Of a DNA stretch of 64,000 nt, positions 1 through 11,100 are shown in pieces (within the stretch, counting starts at the first letter, position 1; the number at the start of each line of letters is the position of its first letter). This stretch comes from Perkinsela sp. CCAP 1560/9 (Eukaryota; Protista; Euglenozoa: Kinetoplastea): assembly GCA_965644495.1 (NCBI GenBank), contig CBFFSA010000005.1, positions 744,001-808,000 of the forward strand, read 5' to 3'. The position numbers and the translations under genes were made by a program. A model generated the notes under the pieces. It saw nothing but the letters and a program-made list of their open reading frames with translations, was not told where the DNA came from and did not search any database.

Positions 1-330
1 AAAAAGTGGCATGGTGAACACGACCAGAGCGCACTTTCTTTCCACTCGTATCACTACTTCGTAATATGCGGGTAATGCAAATCGTAGACATACAGTGCAA
101 GTATGACAAATTCGAAACTAAAGAAAACAGTCCTAGAAAACAAAAACCAAATTCAGTGCAGGTCATGGCGACAGTGAATGTTCGACCTCATTCCGTCAGC
201 ATTTGACTTATCTTGAAAAGAATTGTTCATGAACAATAAGCTCAAAGAACAACCTATATTGATCATAATAGAGCAGCTAAAGTTTGAACCAAGTCTACCC
301 ACATTTCAAAATTTCCCCTAAAATTAACTA

Positions 331-745
331 AACCACTGTTCGGGTTAATATTCCTGGTAGGAATATTAAGAGGGTATAGGAATATTACGAGGTATAGGAG
401 TGCAACCAGGTATAAAACAAATTAGCAGAAAAGGACCAAAATAGATTGACGTAGCTCTCTAGGGAATAGTTTCATTATTATAGAGCGGGGGGGTAGGAAT
501 ATAAAAAAATAGCGAAAAAGGAGCATTTTTTTTCGCGCTGTGAAGAGGCGCGATCTTTAAGTTTTGTTCTCTTTTTGGTCTGTTTAGGGCTTGTTACACT
601 AACGTCGTTAGTGGGAAGCAATTTGCGAAGCCGGAGGGGGGGGGTATGGCGAGGGCCCGCGTGAGCGGGCCTGAGCCATACGCGGCGTCGTTAGTGGGAA
701 GCAATTGGCGAAGCCGGAGGTGGTGGTATGGCGAGGCCCCGCGTG
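331..745. mobile_element. Left end of TA-flanked MITE (TIR AACCACTGT.CGGGTT family) plus short repeats
   Basis: TA+AACCACTGTTCGGGTTAATATTCCTGGTAGGAATATTAAG matches 21071-21430. GTTAGTGGGAAGCAATT.GCGAAGCC occurs twice at 607-720 and is related to 37250-37380 (reverse strand). Confidence 0.6.
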
Positions 746-958
746 AAGGGATTAAAGGATGGGATTAAAAAAAGTTTGCACACGTTTGTTTAGACCTTTT
801 TAACACCTTTTTAGAATGAGTTTGTCCTTGTTTTTTAAGTTATATCCAACCCACATTGAATACAAAAATGGCCTAAATATTCTCCTTTAGATTTACCGTC
901 ACGTGCACACGCCCATTCTCTACCGAGGCACACATACCCCAAATACCTCTCTATTATT

Positions 959-2872
959 TTACTGCATAAAACTACGCCAATTGCAGGGACGCAAAAAGTG
1001 CATCCCTAAACTGTGACTCACACCCAATATCCCGGGAAGGGTGGGGTGAAAGCGGACCTCTTTGCCATACTGCAACCCTCCGTGCTCGAACAGCACTTGT
1101 TCAGGGACCCTACGATGCACTTCTTGCAACCACCCCGGAGGTGTGACCTCAGAATTTTCTTTTCCATCCCCCTTTTCACCTTTTTGCTTAACCTTTTCCT
1201 CTTTTTCCTTCGTATGGGGATGAAGGGCTAACGCTTGCAACTCCTCCTGGGGATCACGCTCGACGGAGAAATCATATACGGCAACTTCCCGATCAGAACA
1301 AACTGCGGCGACTGATTCATTTTGAGGCGACCAGGAAATCGAATTAATCGGATCTTTATGATAGTTTGCGATTTCTAATAACAGCGCACTGTTTTTATGA
1401 GAGGTTGTTTTAGAGTTCTTGCTTCCCTGTTTTTGTTTTTCTAATGCCGAGACGGTGCGTAAATCCCACACCCGGACACGTCCGTTGTCGTCTCCGGTAC
1501 ACAGCAAATGGGAATTTACCGAAAGCGGACCCCAACTGACGACATTAATGTCGACTTGGGGGTTCTCACTGCCCTGCCAGGAAAGCTGAGGAGTTAATTT
1601 CTGCCTCACATCCAACACGGAGAGACGGCCGCTGTGACTGGCGAGTACAAACACACCGGGCTGTGTGGGACTAGCCGCAATGTCCTCTACTGGAGCGTTG
1701 AAATGCCCAGTCAAAATTCCATTTGAGGAAACAGAATTTAAAGAGCTCTCCGTGGTCGATCCACTCGCAACCGAGATATCGGGATGATAGCCAATTTTAC
1801 CTCCATGACTTCCCCAAAGCAACGCTGCTGTATTTTTTGATGCATTCTGACCGTTTCCTGATTTTCCCCATTCCAGAGCCCAGCCTTCATCCTTTTTCCC
1901 CACCGAGAAGGAAAAAAGAGGAGAAGACGAAGATGAGGGCGAAAACGTATTTGACACGTTGGAATTTGAAAAATCCGATACAGCTCCTTTTCCCTGTGTG
2001 CTGTGGACGATCACTGTATTCCCCGACCACACAGATACCAGCGGCAGCGCACTGTGTGTCCGCACACGTGTGACCACACCCTTGGGCATCGGGTACGAAG
2101 CCACAAGCTCCACGGTGGGGTCAGAAAATCCTAACGAGAGGTCCAAGTCATCCAGCGTGTCATTTCCGAGGTGAGCGAGCGGATGAGAATGTGAAGAAAC
2201 AGAAGTTCGTGGCACTTTTTGGGTATTTGTATCGTTTTCAGATATTTGATTCTCATGAAACAGATTTGCTTCTTCATTTTCATCCTCTTCATCAGGTTCC
2301 ATTGTGGGGTAGAGATTACGAATTTTTATCAGATGGAGAAAATCGGATTCTCGTGTTTTTTTCCCGTTCGGTATTCCTGCTTGGGTGCCAAACGCTAGAG
2401 AGAGCTCCAGAGGGTAGCCAGAGGGTTTACAATTCGCATGCTCAGTCTGGGAGGGGACAGAGGGATTTGCAATCCAATCAAACGACAAGGCCGGCCATTC
2501 GAGACTTAGTGGATGCAACATTTCATACGCACTGGGGTCATAAATCATGTCCCCTTCCTCGTGGAGCGAACTAGGACCTTTTTGTGGGTTATACACAAAA
2601 GGGTGTGAAGGCTCATTGTGGTGAACGTTTTCATTTGAAGCAATTTCGTGGGAATTGTTGTTTTTACTTGGAGAGCTCTGTGGGACTGGAAATGAAGCTT
2701 CTCCACTCTGTTGTAGAGATTGCTGGATCTCATCGTATTCAGAGTCCCCATCGGATTCGGTCGTAAAGTCGGAGCTGTTTGTGTCGAAACCGGAATCGCT
2801 GTTATTGCCCTCCTCAGCGGTTTGTTTTGTGAAGGGTTTCTCGTCCTCAGCAATACGTTTCTGTCGAGGCAT
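959..2872 (-). CDS. RRB1: Glutamate-rich WD40 protein (GRWD1/Rrb1-like ribosome assembly factor)
   Basis: Acidic N-terminus, YDPSAYEMLH..LEWPALSFD motif, WD repeats (DINVVSW..LLCTGDDNGRVRVWDLR, HKDPINSISWSP), C-terminal PEQVLFEH.G...KEVRFHP. Confidence 0.8.
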   Translation of the reverse strand: MPRQKRIAEDEKPFTKQTAEEGNNSDSGFDTNSSDFTTESDGDSEYDEIQQSLQQSGEASFPVPQSSPSKNNNSHEIASNENVHHNEPSHPFVYNPQKGPSSLHEEGDMIYDPSAYEMLHPLSLEWPALSFDWIANPSVPSQTEHANCKPSGYPLELSLAFGTQAGIPNGKKTRESDFLHLIKIRNLYPTMEPDEEDENEEANLFHENQISENDTNTQKVPRTSVSSHSHPLAHLGNDTLDDLDLSLGFSDPTVELVASYPMPKGVVTRVRTHSALPLVSVWSGNTVIVHSTQGKGAVSDFSNSNVSNTFSPSSSSSPLFSFSVGKKDEGWALEWGKSGNGQNASKNTAALLWGSHGGKIGYHPDISVASGSTTESSLNSVSSNGILTGHFNAPVEDIAASPTQPGVFVLASHSGRLSVLDVRQKLTPQLSWQGSENPQVDINVVSWGPLSVNSHLLCTGDDNGRVRVWDLRTVSALEKQKQGSKNSKTTSHKNSALLLEIANYHKDPINSISWSPQNESVAAVCSDREVAVYDFSVERDPQEELQALALHPHTKEKEEKVKQKGEKGDGKENSEVTPPGWLQEVHRRVPEQVLFEHGGLQYGKEVRFHPTLPGILGVSHSLGMHFLRPCNWRSFMQ

Positions 2873-3155
2873 TTAAGCAGAAAATTGTAGTGAAATATAA
2901 GAAATGACACTTTAATAAAAATTTATTAATTATTACCAGCTATAAATGTGGGTGACCATAGTAATGGATAGGATAGTTTGGTGTTAGCGGTAAGAAAACA
3001 AAATAATGTAGTGAGCATGAAGTTTTTTGATGTTTTGAGCTTCATAATAAAGAAAAAAAATTACTGATCGGTTGTGTGCATAACATGTGGGATAATTGTA
3101 CCACGTGACACGATCCTCAGTGAAACAAAAAAGGTTTTTCAAGACCTTTTTGTCC

Positions 3156-4026
3156 TCAATGTGGCATTGCATTTTCATGCTTGCTATAGTGCTCAAAATA
3201 GGCCATGTAGTCATGATGTAGCTGTTGCTGTTTCTGCTTCACAGGTCGTGAGCGCACTTGACTTTGTCGCTTGCGAAGCTCACTTAAGGTGTCGAATGGA
3301 ATACTCGGAGAGGCCTGAGTGCGAGGTCGGGGTAAGGGCAGACGTAATTCCGGAACTTTACGGGATTGGGGTCTATTTTTCTCTTCATGTGCATGTGAGA
3401 ACGGGGCACGTCCCGAATGTTGCTCGGAAAGAATGGTGACATGACTCTCTGGAGTTCCCTTGGAGTTTGGTAAAGTTTCCTTTGTTTTTCCCGAACGTGT
3501 GAGACTGTTCCATATTCGTCGCGCAAGACTCGGAGATTTTTCGTGCGAGTGGGAAACATTCTTGACGGAAGATACGGATTTCGAAAATTTGGGATTTTTA
3601 AGAATCTGTATTTCGGGACTTTTTTCCTCGTCTTGAAACGAAAGTTTACCCTGACGACGGTTCGGATCAGGACGCATGTTTGGTCTAAAAAGTGGACGTA
3701 CGGAAGGTCGCATTACGTGCGTGTCTTCTAGATGACGACTATTCTGAATGTTGGTTGATCGAGCCACAGGATACGAGCTCTTCATCGGTGGCTTTTTAGA
3801 AAAAGATGCGTTTACACCTTGCTTGGACACCCCAAGAACAGAATGATTCGAAATGCGTGACGAAGGTTTCATAGTTGGCTTCTCACTGAGTCTTTCTCGT
3901 CCCGATTTCGTGTCCTGCTTTTGCCGAGCTTGTTGGTGAAGCCTTTCCCATGCTGGAAGAGTAGATCGAAAAGTAACTCTACCAGAATTCGTGCTACTGT
4001 GAGAAATATTCGTTGATTTAATACTA
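3156..4026 (-). pseudogene. 3' half of a hypothetical low-complexity S/R/K-rich gene split by a transposon
   Basis: Joins in frame to 6329-7904 once 4027-6328 and one TA are removed (SAKPG|SIKSTNI). Confidence 0.65.
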
Positions 4027-4585
4027 CTGTGACCCCCCCCTTTAATATGGACACTTTTTCGGCTTTTGTCCATAATAAAGGGGGGGGGCGATGAAAGGGG
4101 TGTGAAAAAAAATTCGGCGCCGCTTCGCGGCACCTTTTTTACTTATAATACGACAAAAAATCAAATTTGTAAAATCCATGTCCAGGAGAGAGGGCGAGGA
4201 GAGCAGAGGAAGAGGGCGGGGGAGGAGGGCGTCAATGAGGGGTGAAGGGGCACTTCTTCATAAGGGTGAAGGGTACATGGAGGATATACATTATTGATGT
4301 ACACTATAATTAGGAATAAAAAATTAACAACAAGCAAAAAATCATGCATGCTCACATTCAGCTCTATATTCCGTGTAGCTATAAAGGTTCCATTCAGTTA
4401 AATTGTAGATGTTCTAACGTAAAAATCGAGCCCAAACTTCCTACTCATACAAAGTTTCACACAAATGAACTAAAGGTGGAAAGAAAGAACTTACGTTCAC
4501 GACGGGAAAAAACAAGACCAACGTTAAGAGCTCACGTAAAAAAACCCACGTAAACTTATCACAACAAAATAAAATAACAGCCCTT

Positions 4586-5272
4586 TTACAATTCAAAAGT
4601 ATCATCATACGCTACTGACTGATCCCACCCCTCTGTGTCCATGTCTCCGCGGTCGTTGTCTGGATGAAGCATTAGTTGCCCTAAACAATCTTGAGTGTCA
4701 ATTATTTCCTCATCGTGAAGCTCTTCAGTGAGGGCAGGACGATGAGACAGAGCACCGGGAACGCATGGTGGCCATGTTTTTGAGATATTTTTGCGTGTGA
4801 GCTTGTTCTCCACGGGAACTAAAAAAAGCAAGTTACACAGATTGTTTACCAAATGGAGCCCGCATTCATTCGTCATTGGTTGCTGTTGCGGCACTGCGGC
4901 GTATTTAATCTTCATCTCCGCAGAGAAACCTATCAGCGGACGCATGTGAATCATGATGCTGTTCAGAAAATCAGATCGAGCAGAGGGACAATATGTTTCG
5001 TAACTGTCGAAAACAGTTTGCCCAAACCTCTGGAAATCGACAAGGATAAAATGCCCATTAAAAATTAAAGCCGCGGCTATTCGACGAACCGATGTAATAT
5101 GCTGTTTTGGCTCGCGGCCCAGGCCTAACATCAACTGCGTCTGTCCGGTATTTAGGAACATGAGATGCCTGTCTGCATTAGGCAATTCCCGATATACCTC
5201 CATTACGTTTTGGCAGAGCTGATCCACCGCGTGCTCAAAAATCTCAGTCAAAAAAATTCGCTCCGTGCTCAA
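4586..5272 (-). CDS. Ulp1/SENP-like (C48) cysteine protease domain, transposon-borne
   Basis: Ordered catalytic motifs NGHFILV, VFDSY and VPQQQPMTNECGLH (His-Asp-Gln-Cys). Confidence 0.7.
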   Translation of the reverse strand: MSTERIFLTEIFEHAVDQLCQNVMEVYRELPNADRHLMFLNTGQTQLMLGLGREPKQHITSVRRIAAALIFNGHFILVDFQRFGQTVFDSYETYCPSARSDFLNSIMIHMRPLIGFSAEMKIKYAAVPQQQPMTNECGLHLVNNLCNLLFLVPVENKLTRKNISKTWPPCVPGALSHRPALTEELHDEEIIDTQDCLGQLMLHPDNDRGDMDTEGWDQSVAYDDTFEL

Positions 5273-6113
5273 AAATTACAGTCGGGTGGAGCGGGTAAAC
5301 TTCGTCGGCCCCTAAATCATAGACGCCCGCAAGAAATGCGGTTACTGTTTCCTTTGGGTTTGTATCCACTACCTTAGGTTGCGGGCACCCTACCGGAGCA
5401 AGTGTGTACCCTTGCACCTCTCCATTGACAAACATGGCGGTTTCATCCCCGAAAAGCGCGAAACGGTAGCAACTGACTGTGTTTTGAACGTAGAGCTTTT
5501 CAGCCCAACGAGAAATTCTGAGGTTCACATCAGCGGGGGCTAAGCACTGTATTCTGCCCCACCGCCGCCACACCCAACCATAGTACCGTCTGAACTTCGC
5601 ATAAGTGTCTTCCAAAGCACTAATTGAAGTCAATCCCGTATTTTGTCGTATCATGTCGATGACGATATTTCTGGTGAGGGGACACCATAACGAGGAGGCT
5701 TGAACGCAGGAGCGGTGTACCCGTTCCATTGCCTCAGACTTATTGTAGCAAACTGCTTCGGGATCATTGTAGTCGCCTCCTCGAACGTTAAAAGCACGAT
5801 TCCTGTGGTTGCTCCCCATGGAACGATCAATGAGTTTTTGAAAGTAGCTCATACCGTGGCTACGGATTTCATATACTCCGCTTCGCGAAATTCCGCATTT
5901 TTCTCGGATTCTTTTTACCGAGAGAGTCGATCGGCAGATTTCGCGCTTCTCGTATATATTAAGCTCAGTTCGTCCCCTTTTCTCCTTTACGTGGATATCT
6001 AAAGAAGCGTGGACATTGCGCTCATTTGTAATCAACATTGTTGGATTACATACCTGTGGCTTTGGGGGTGTTGCCTTAATCCAAGAGGTTAAGGGTCCTT
6101 CCACGGAATTCAT
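5244..6113 (-). CDS. Truncated pogo/Tc1-like transposase (HTH plus first catalytic D)
   Basis: HTH-like LNIYEKREIC...CGISRSGVYEI; FRRYYGW; LFGDETAMF; lies inside TIRs. Confidence 0.65.
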   Translation of the reverse strand: MNSVEGPLTSWIKATPPKPQVCNPTMLITNERNVHASLDIHVKEKRGRTELNIYEKREICRSTLSVKRIREKCGISRSGVYEIRSHGMSYFQKLIDRSMGSNHRNRAFNVRGGDYNDPEAVCYNKSEAMERVHRSCVQASSLWCPLTRNIVIDMIRQNTGLTSISALEDTYAKFRRYYGWVWRRWGRIQCLAPADVNLRISRWAEKLYVQNTVSCYRFALFGDETAMFVNGEVQGYTLAPVGCPQPKVVDTNPKETVTAFLAGVYDLGADEVYPLHPTVIFEHGANFFD

Positions 6114-6328
6114 TAGGTTGAAAAATGACTGAAATATATGAACATGACGAACTATGTGAAAGCTGATAAAATTACCTAGCTACAGATACCCTAAAAAACA
6201 GAAAAAAAGAGACAAAAAAAAGGGTATGTCAAAAAAAAAAATTGGCGCCGCTGCGCGGCGCCCGGTCGGATTTGTCCATAATAAAGGGGGGGGATACCCC
6301 CTGTCCATATTAAAGGGGGGGGTCACAG

Positions 6329-7904
6329 TACCTGGTTTTGCAGATACCACCCTTGGTTTTGTATACACATTGGTTCGCACATTTTCAGCAATACCGCTCG
6401 ATTTTTCCTTTTCCCTAACAGGTTTCGCAGTAGACATGCCCATTTTTTGGCTTCTGTAACATACTTGTGATTCAGATTTTACCCTCATTGCGGAAGGGAC
6501 CGTTTTTTCGTACGTCCTACTTCCTTGTAAAGGTCCAGAAGAGCTTAACAACCCTCGGGGTCGTGTAGGAAGGGGCGTGGCGAGTTTCACGGGACGTCGC
6601 TCGGCGGTCCGAGTGCTACGAAAACACATTGGGGGCTGCGTAACTCTCGGAGTCGTTAAATTCTTTTTAACAGGAGGTTTTGGATAGAGTCGGTGAAAGG
6701 CTGCCTCCCTGTGTACACCCCCATGAGATAGATTTCCGTATTTTTGGGTGTTAATCTTTGGGTATATTTGACTCTCATTTAATGATGGACGCTTATTTAC
6801 ACTCAAACGCTGAGTTGTGTTTTTGCGCTCTAAATGGGTATTGCTGCGGTATAATGTCACCTCAGGTACGTCGTTAAACATGGGAACAGCATTTGGCATT
6901 CGTTTCGCCCAAGGAGAGGGACTCAACAACGGGGAGGGATTGCGTGAGGGATGAAAGGAACAGCTCCGCATTTCCTCCACAGCTCTGTGGTGCTCTTTAT
7001 GGGCGTTCGCGGCCTCACGCAATGCTTGTCGTGCCACAGAGTCCTCATGCATGCGTTCCCACCAAGGGGAGGACGGCGAAGATTCCATTCTGTTTCTTGC
7101 ATGAATAAACGATTCAGTTTCCATATTTTCAGCATCTGTTTGGAAGGAGCCTAAACCAATCTGTCCCTCATGACGGGGTAGAGATGTTTCGTATCGTTGT
7201 GCAGATAAATCTTTGTGCAGGAATTGAGATGAGAATTCCTCCTGGGGACTTTGCGCCGTAGAAGGGGGTCGGGTATTGGATGTCCAATGAGGGGGGGAGA
7301 GCGAGACGACCTCACGCGGATAATTACTCGTTGGATTCATTTCGTGATCTGTAGAGTGAGATTCGGTGCGTGAGCCCGAAGAGGTCCCGAGAATATGGGA
7401 GCTGCCCTCCGGTTGGGTGGAAAACACTTGCGGAGAACACTTCTCGACTTCGGATTGCCAATCAAGGATGTGAGTGGAGGAGGGCTGGGCGTATTTTGTA
7501 ATCGGTGAGGCGTCCTTGGGGTGCGACAGAGTGGAGGATACTAAAGACTGCATTTGATGCAAAATATCTGTGACATGATCTAATTCACTTTCGGTTAGCA
7601 TGCGCGCCATGGGTTGACAAGCGCAAGAGTAAATTCTACCAAAAAGAATACGCTGTAGTAAAGAAGAATGCATAAATGAAGACGTGGTATGTTGGAGATG
7701 GTATAGTAAAAGAAACAAGTCCCATAAATTTAGAAAAAGTGCATTCGCATGTATAAAAAAGGCGAAAAAAGAGGTATCAGTACAAAAAGAAGGTTGATGA
7801 AAAGAGTGCGTATTGGTTTGTTTTTGATTCTCATCGGTCCCCGCACGTGCGAAATATCGCAGTAAGAAAAGTTTTAAACCTTTATCATTTTGAAATGATA
7901 TCAT
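6329..7904 (-). pseudogene. 5' half of the transposon-interrupted hypothetical gene (real start may be ~7673 or later)
   Basis: Long ORF whose last residues (TVTPPFNMD...) are translated TIR; the restored ORF is 814 aa from 7904. Confidence 0.65.
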
Positions 7905-8013
7905 TGCAAAAACCCCATTTAATCCATGAATTCATTTAAGTATTGTCCGTCTCAAAGAGCAGTTTATGTAAAAAAGCATTCAAAAAGCTAAAAATATCGG
8001 CTGCAAAAAATGA

Positions 8014-8772
8014 TTAGCTACGCGACGCTGAGATTCTCTCTATGCCTGTTCCATGTATTTCCAGGATTCGTAGAGAAGAGGGCAACTTTGCGTTGTCAAG
8101 TGAACCACACAGATCTTTGTTCCCAAACAAATACATCTCAAATAGGCTTTGCGAACGGAATAGAGACTCAAAAATAAAAATGCCATTAAAGCAATTGTTT
8201 TGTAAGGCAATCGTGCGCAACTTCGCGGGAATATTTATAAAACAAGGAGTTCCACTAAGTTGGTTGTCAGAAATATAAAAAAAAACTAACGCAGCAGGTA
8301 AGGAATGAAATGCCACAGAACCGAGGAAGCAATTGTAACTTAAGTTAAGAAGATCTATCGTGTCTGGTAAATTGGTAAGATCTGGCGTTCCTATAAATTT
8401 GTTAATCGATATTGAGAGATAAGTTAATCTGGGCGGAAGGTGTGAAAAATCCGTTTCACCGCAAAGTTTATTGAGACGGAAGTTAATTGACTTGATTGAT
8501 TCGAGTAGGAACGCCCATTCGAGAGGGCCAGAAAGTGAGGCTTCAGCCCAGTACATTTTTTCTACCTTGTCCCGATCATCACAGGTCACCCAGTCCCATT
8601 CACAAGCAGGCGTGTGCGTATTCCAAGACGAGGGTGTACCTTGCACATTTTTAAGGAACTGTACCATCTGATATTCTTGCGGAAGTTGAGCACCTCGGAC
8701 TTTGTGAGACCGCATACCGGTTGAGTTTTGCTCAGTCATCCTGGGCCGAAATCTAAAGTAGAAGCCAAGCAA
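8014..8772 (-). CDS. LRR family protein
   Basis: KVRGAQLPQEY, W...TPACEW..VTC cap and LxxLxLxxNxFxG repeats. Confidence 0.85.
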   Translation of the reverse strand: MLGFYFRFRPRMTEQNSTGMRSHKVRGAQLPQEYQMVQFLKNVQGTPSSWNTHTPACEWDWVTCDDRDKVEKMYWAEASLSGPLEWAFLLESIKSINFRLNKLCGETDFSHLPPRLTYLSISINKFIGTPDLTNLPDTIDLLNLSYNCFLGSVAFHSLPAALVFFYISDNQLSGTPCFINIPAKLRTIALQNNCFNGIFIFESLFRSQSLFEMYLFGNKDLCGSLDNAKLPSSLRILEIHGTGIERISASRS

Positions 8773-8800
8773 TTTTTTTTAGTTTAAATTAGGACGGGTA

Positions 8801-9205
8801 CGTCTCTGCTTCGTTGACGGGTCAACCAATTGGCTGCCGCTTCGTTGACAGTAAATCCGACTTTCAACGAAGTGGCAGCCAATTGGTTGACCCGTCAACG
8901 AGTGTGAATTTTCTGCTCACGAAACGCAGCAATGAAAAAACTGTCTCTGAGTCGATGAAAGATTTTCAGGAATTATAATTTTCACCCAATCCTAACAGCT
9001 CCCCAATTCCATGGTTCCAAAGCAGATCCTAGGCTCCTTGTTATTAGGCTCCTTACAGATTCCCATGCGAGGAAGTCGTCATCGCTCCGCCTTCTGCTTT
9101 TTGCCCTGCGCCTCCTCCTTCCTCTACAGTTTTGCAGATCACAAATGTAACGGGTCTTAGCGTTGATCAAATCACACTCGTTGACCCGTCAACGAAGTAG
9201 AGACA
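8801..9205. mobile_element. TA-flanked MITE with internal palindromes
   Basis: TIR (C/T)GTCTCT(G/A)CTTCGTTGACGGGTCAAC; TA on both sides; hairpin at 8811-8899; internal segment shared with family B. Confidence 0.75.
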
Positions 9206-9234
9206 TAGCCAATTAGGACTGCTTTGCCGGAATA

Positions 9235-9370
9235 CTGTGACCCTCCCTTTAATACGGACAGATTTTTGGACTTTGTCCGTGTTAAGGAGGGGTACTAAAG
9301 ATGAGAAAAATACTCCTTTTCTCCGAAAAAATAAGACAAAAAAGAAATTTGGCCCCGCGAAGCGGCACCT
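9235..9370. mobile_element. Orphan terminus related to the 4027-6328 transposon
   Basis: TA+CTGTGACCCTCCCTTTAATACGGACA, subterminal palindrome and GCGAAGC hairpin. Confidence 0.6.
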
Positions 9371-10306
9371 GTTTCTTTCGAAGAAACAAGTCGAAAAGGG
9401 GTCGATCTAATGAGGATGAAAAACACATGCAGGATAAAAAAAATTACAAGATAAACGTTTTCTTCACGTAGTGAAACGTTCAAATAATTGTACGCACTTT
9501 TTCTCGATATGTATTCATAATGTTTGTCTGCGTGTCGGCACCCCTTGCGAGCCACGACAGTTCGAGCCCTTAGAGCCGCGACTTTTCTCAACTTACATTC
9601 GCGCTTCGTGTTCAGAGGTTATCCGAGAACGGGGTATCAGGGGCTCAGTGCGCTGGGGAAAAGGGAGGGACATTGTCGTCCATCGGTTCCCGCTCCAGAG
9701 GTTTCCAGTTTGAACTTCTGCCAGGTTTAGCACTCCCCCAACTCGTGTCCTAAATCCTTTACGCCCTTTAGGTCATGAAAAAAATCCAAAAAAAACATAA
9801 AAATCGAAACAAATTACATTTTTTTTCAAAACAATAAATCACAATAAAAGAATAAATCACAATAAGTCACAATAAATGTTTAATAGTCGACTCCTGAAAG
9901 CAAAGAAGTGAATCATAAAATTTAAAGATTTCATTTTACTATCGAATTCCAGTAACTAAGAAAATACATTCAAAGGATTGCTTTGGCAAAGGCAATTCTA
10001 ATAAAAATTCTAATAAAAATAAGGCAAGCGTAGGAAAGCGTGAAAGGACAAGGCCAACCATCGGAAACAAAAAAATTAGGAACAAAAAATTAGAAAGTAA
10101 AAAGCATGCAAGAACATTGCTGTTTCAAAAAAGTACCTTAAAGGAAAGAAATATGTTGTGCAAGTCATAAAAGCAAAACGCATTAGCATGTTGCATGGAT
10201 AATTGCATGGAATTATTTGGAAGTAACCCCTACAAAATGGATCAGGTAAAATCACCTGAAATGAATTAGGTGAGCAACAATTGACAAAAAGTTTTGCTGC
10301 AAAACG

Positions 10307-10969
10307 TTACATACTTTTGGACACTAGTTTTTGCAGGTACTCTCGACTGAGTTGGCGTTTTGTACTTGCTCGAGTACACCAAAATTGTCGTTGCCTTTCA
10401 GACAGACGTTTCCATCGCATCGCTGTTGCTCGAAATACTGCAATTCTGCGTATCGGAAGAAAAGGAAACTTTTGGAAGAACTTTGGACAAGCGTGTAGAA
10501 TTGGGCAAGTGTGATGGCAGTAAAGTGAATATCCTGTAAGCCAGACGGACGCAAGACACTGTTTTATAACGTTCTTGATTTCAGAGTGACGCAGCGCTTG
10601 AAGTTGACAAGATACCTTTTTTGAGGGCACTAAGGTGCGATATCGTTTTTGCAACATATGAAGTGTGTGAAGCGCATGTACAGAACGTGGTTGTAGGCGT
10701 TGTTCGCGTGACAGATGTGATTCGAATTTACGAAATGTTGGAGCAAAAGTTTTTCGAGTGTAAATGTGGACAGGATGTGTGGGATGCTTACGACATTTAC
10801 GCAATTTTGCAAGAAGAAATCGGCCAAGTATGTGTCGTGGAATAATTTTGTTGAGAGCCATTTTATAAGTAACAGCGAAATATGTAAAGAAAATATGATT
10901 TGCGTCTTTGAGAACTTCTACGACTTTTGTTTCATACTTGCAGCCAAACAATTTCCCCAAGATAGACAA
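10307..10969 (-). CDS. Basic HMG-box-like DNA-binding protein
   Basis: LTGYSLYC...FRATAMRWKRLSERQRQFW..RA fits an HMG box; a weaker earlier box at HPTHPVHIYT. Confidence 0.55.
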   Translation of the reverse strand: MSILGKLFGCKYETKVVEVLKDANHIFFTYFAVTYKMALNKIIPRHILGRFLLAKLRKCRKHPTHPVHIYTRKTFAPTFRKFESHLSREQRLQPRSVHALHTLHMLQKRYRTLVPSKKVSCQLQALRHSEIKNVIKQCLASVWLTGYSLYCHHTCPILHACPKFFQKFPFLPIRRIAVFRATAMRWKRLSERQRQFWCTRASTKRQLSREYLQKLVSKSM

Positions 10970-11100
10970 TTTTCAACCAAATAAGCTATTTTTTTTTGAG
11001 TCCAAAGGGACTCATTTTTGTCCGAAACGCGTTTACAGGGGCAACACTACATAATTTATTAATTCACATTTGCCTCGACGTACTTGTGGTTATCTGCCAA

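Larger units (their letters stand above)
4027..6328 (-). mobile_element. TA-flanked Tc1/pogo-like DNA transposon, 2.3 kb, carrying a Ulp1-like protease ORF
   Basis: TIR CTGTGACCCCCCCCTTTAATATGGACA at both ends; TA at 4025-26 and 6329-30; internal ORFs. Confidence 0.88.
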
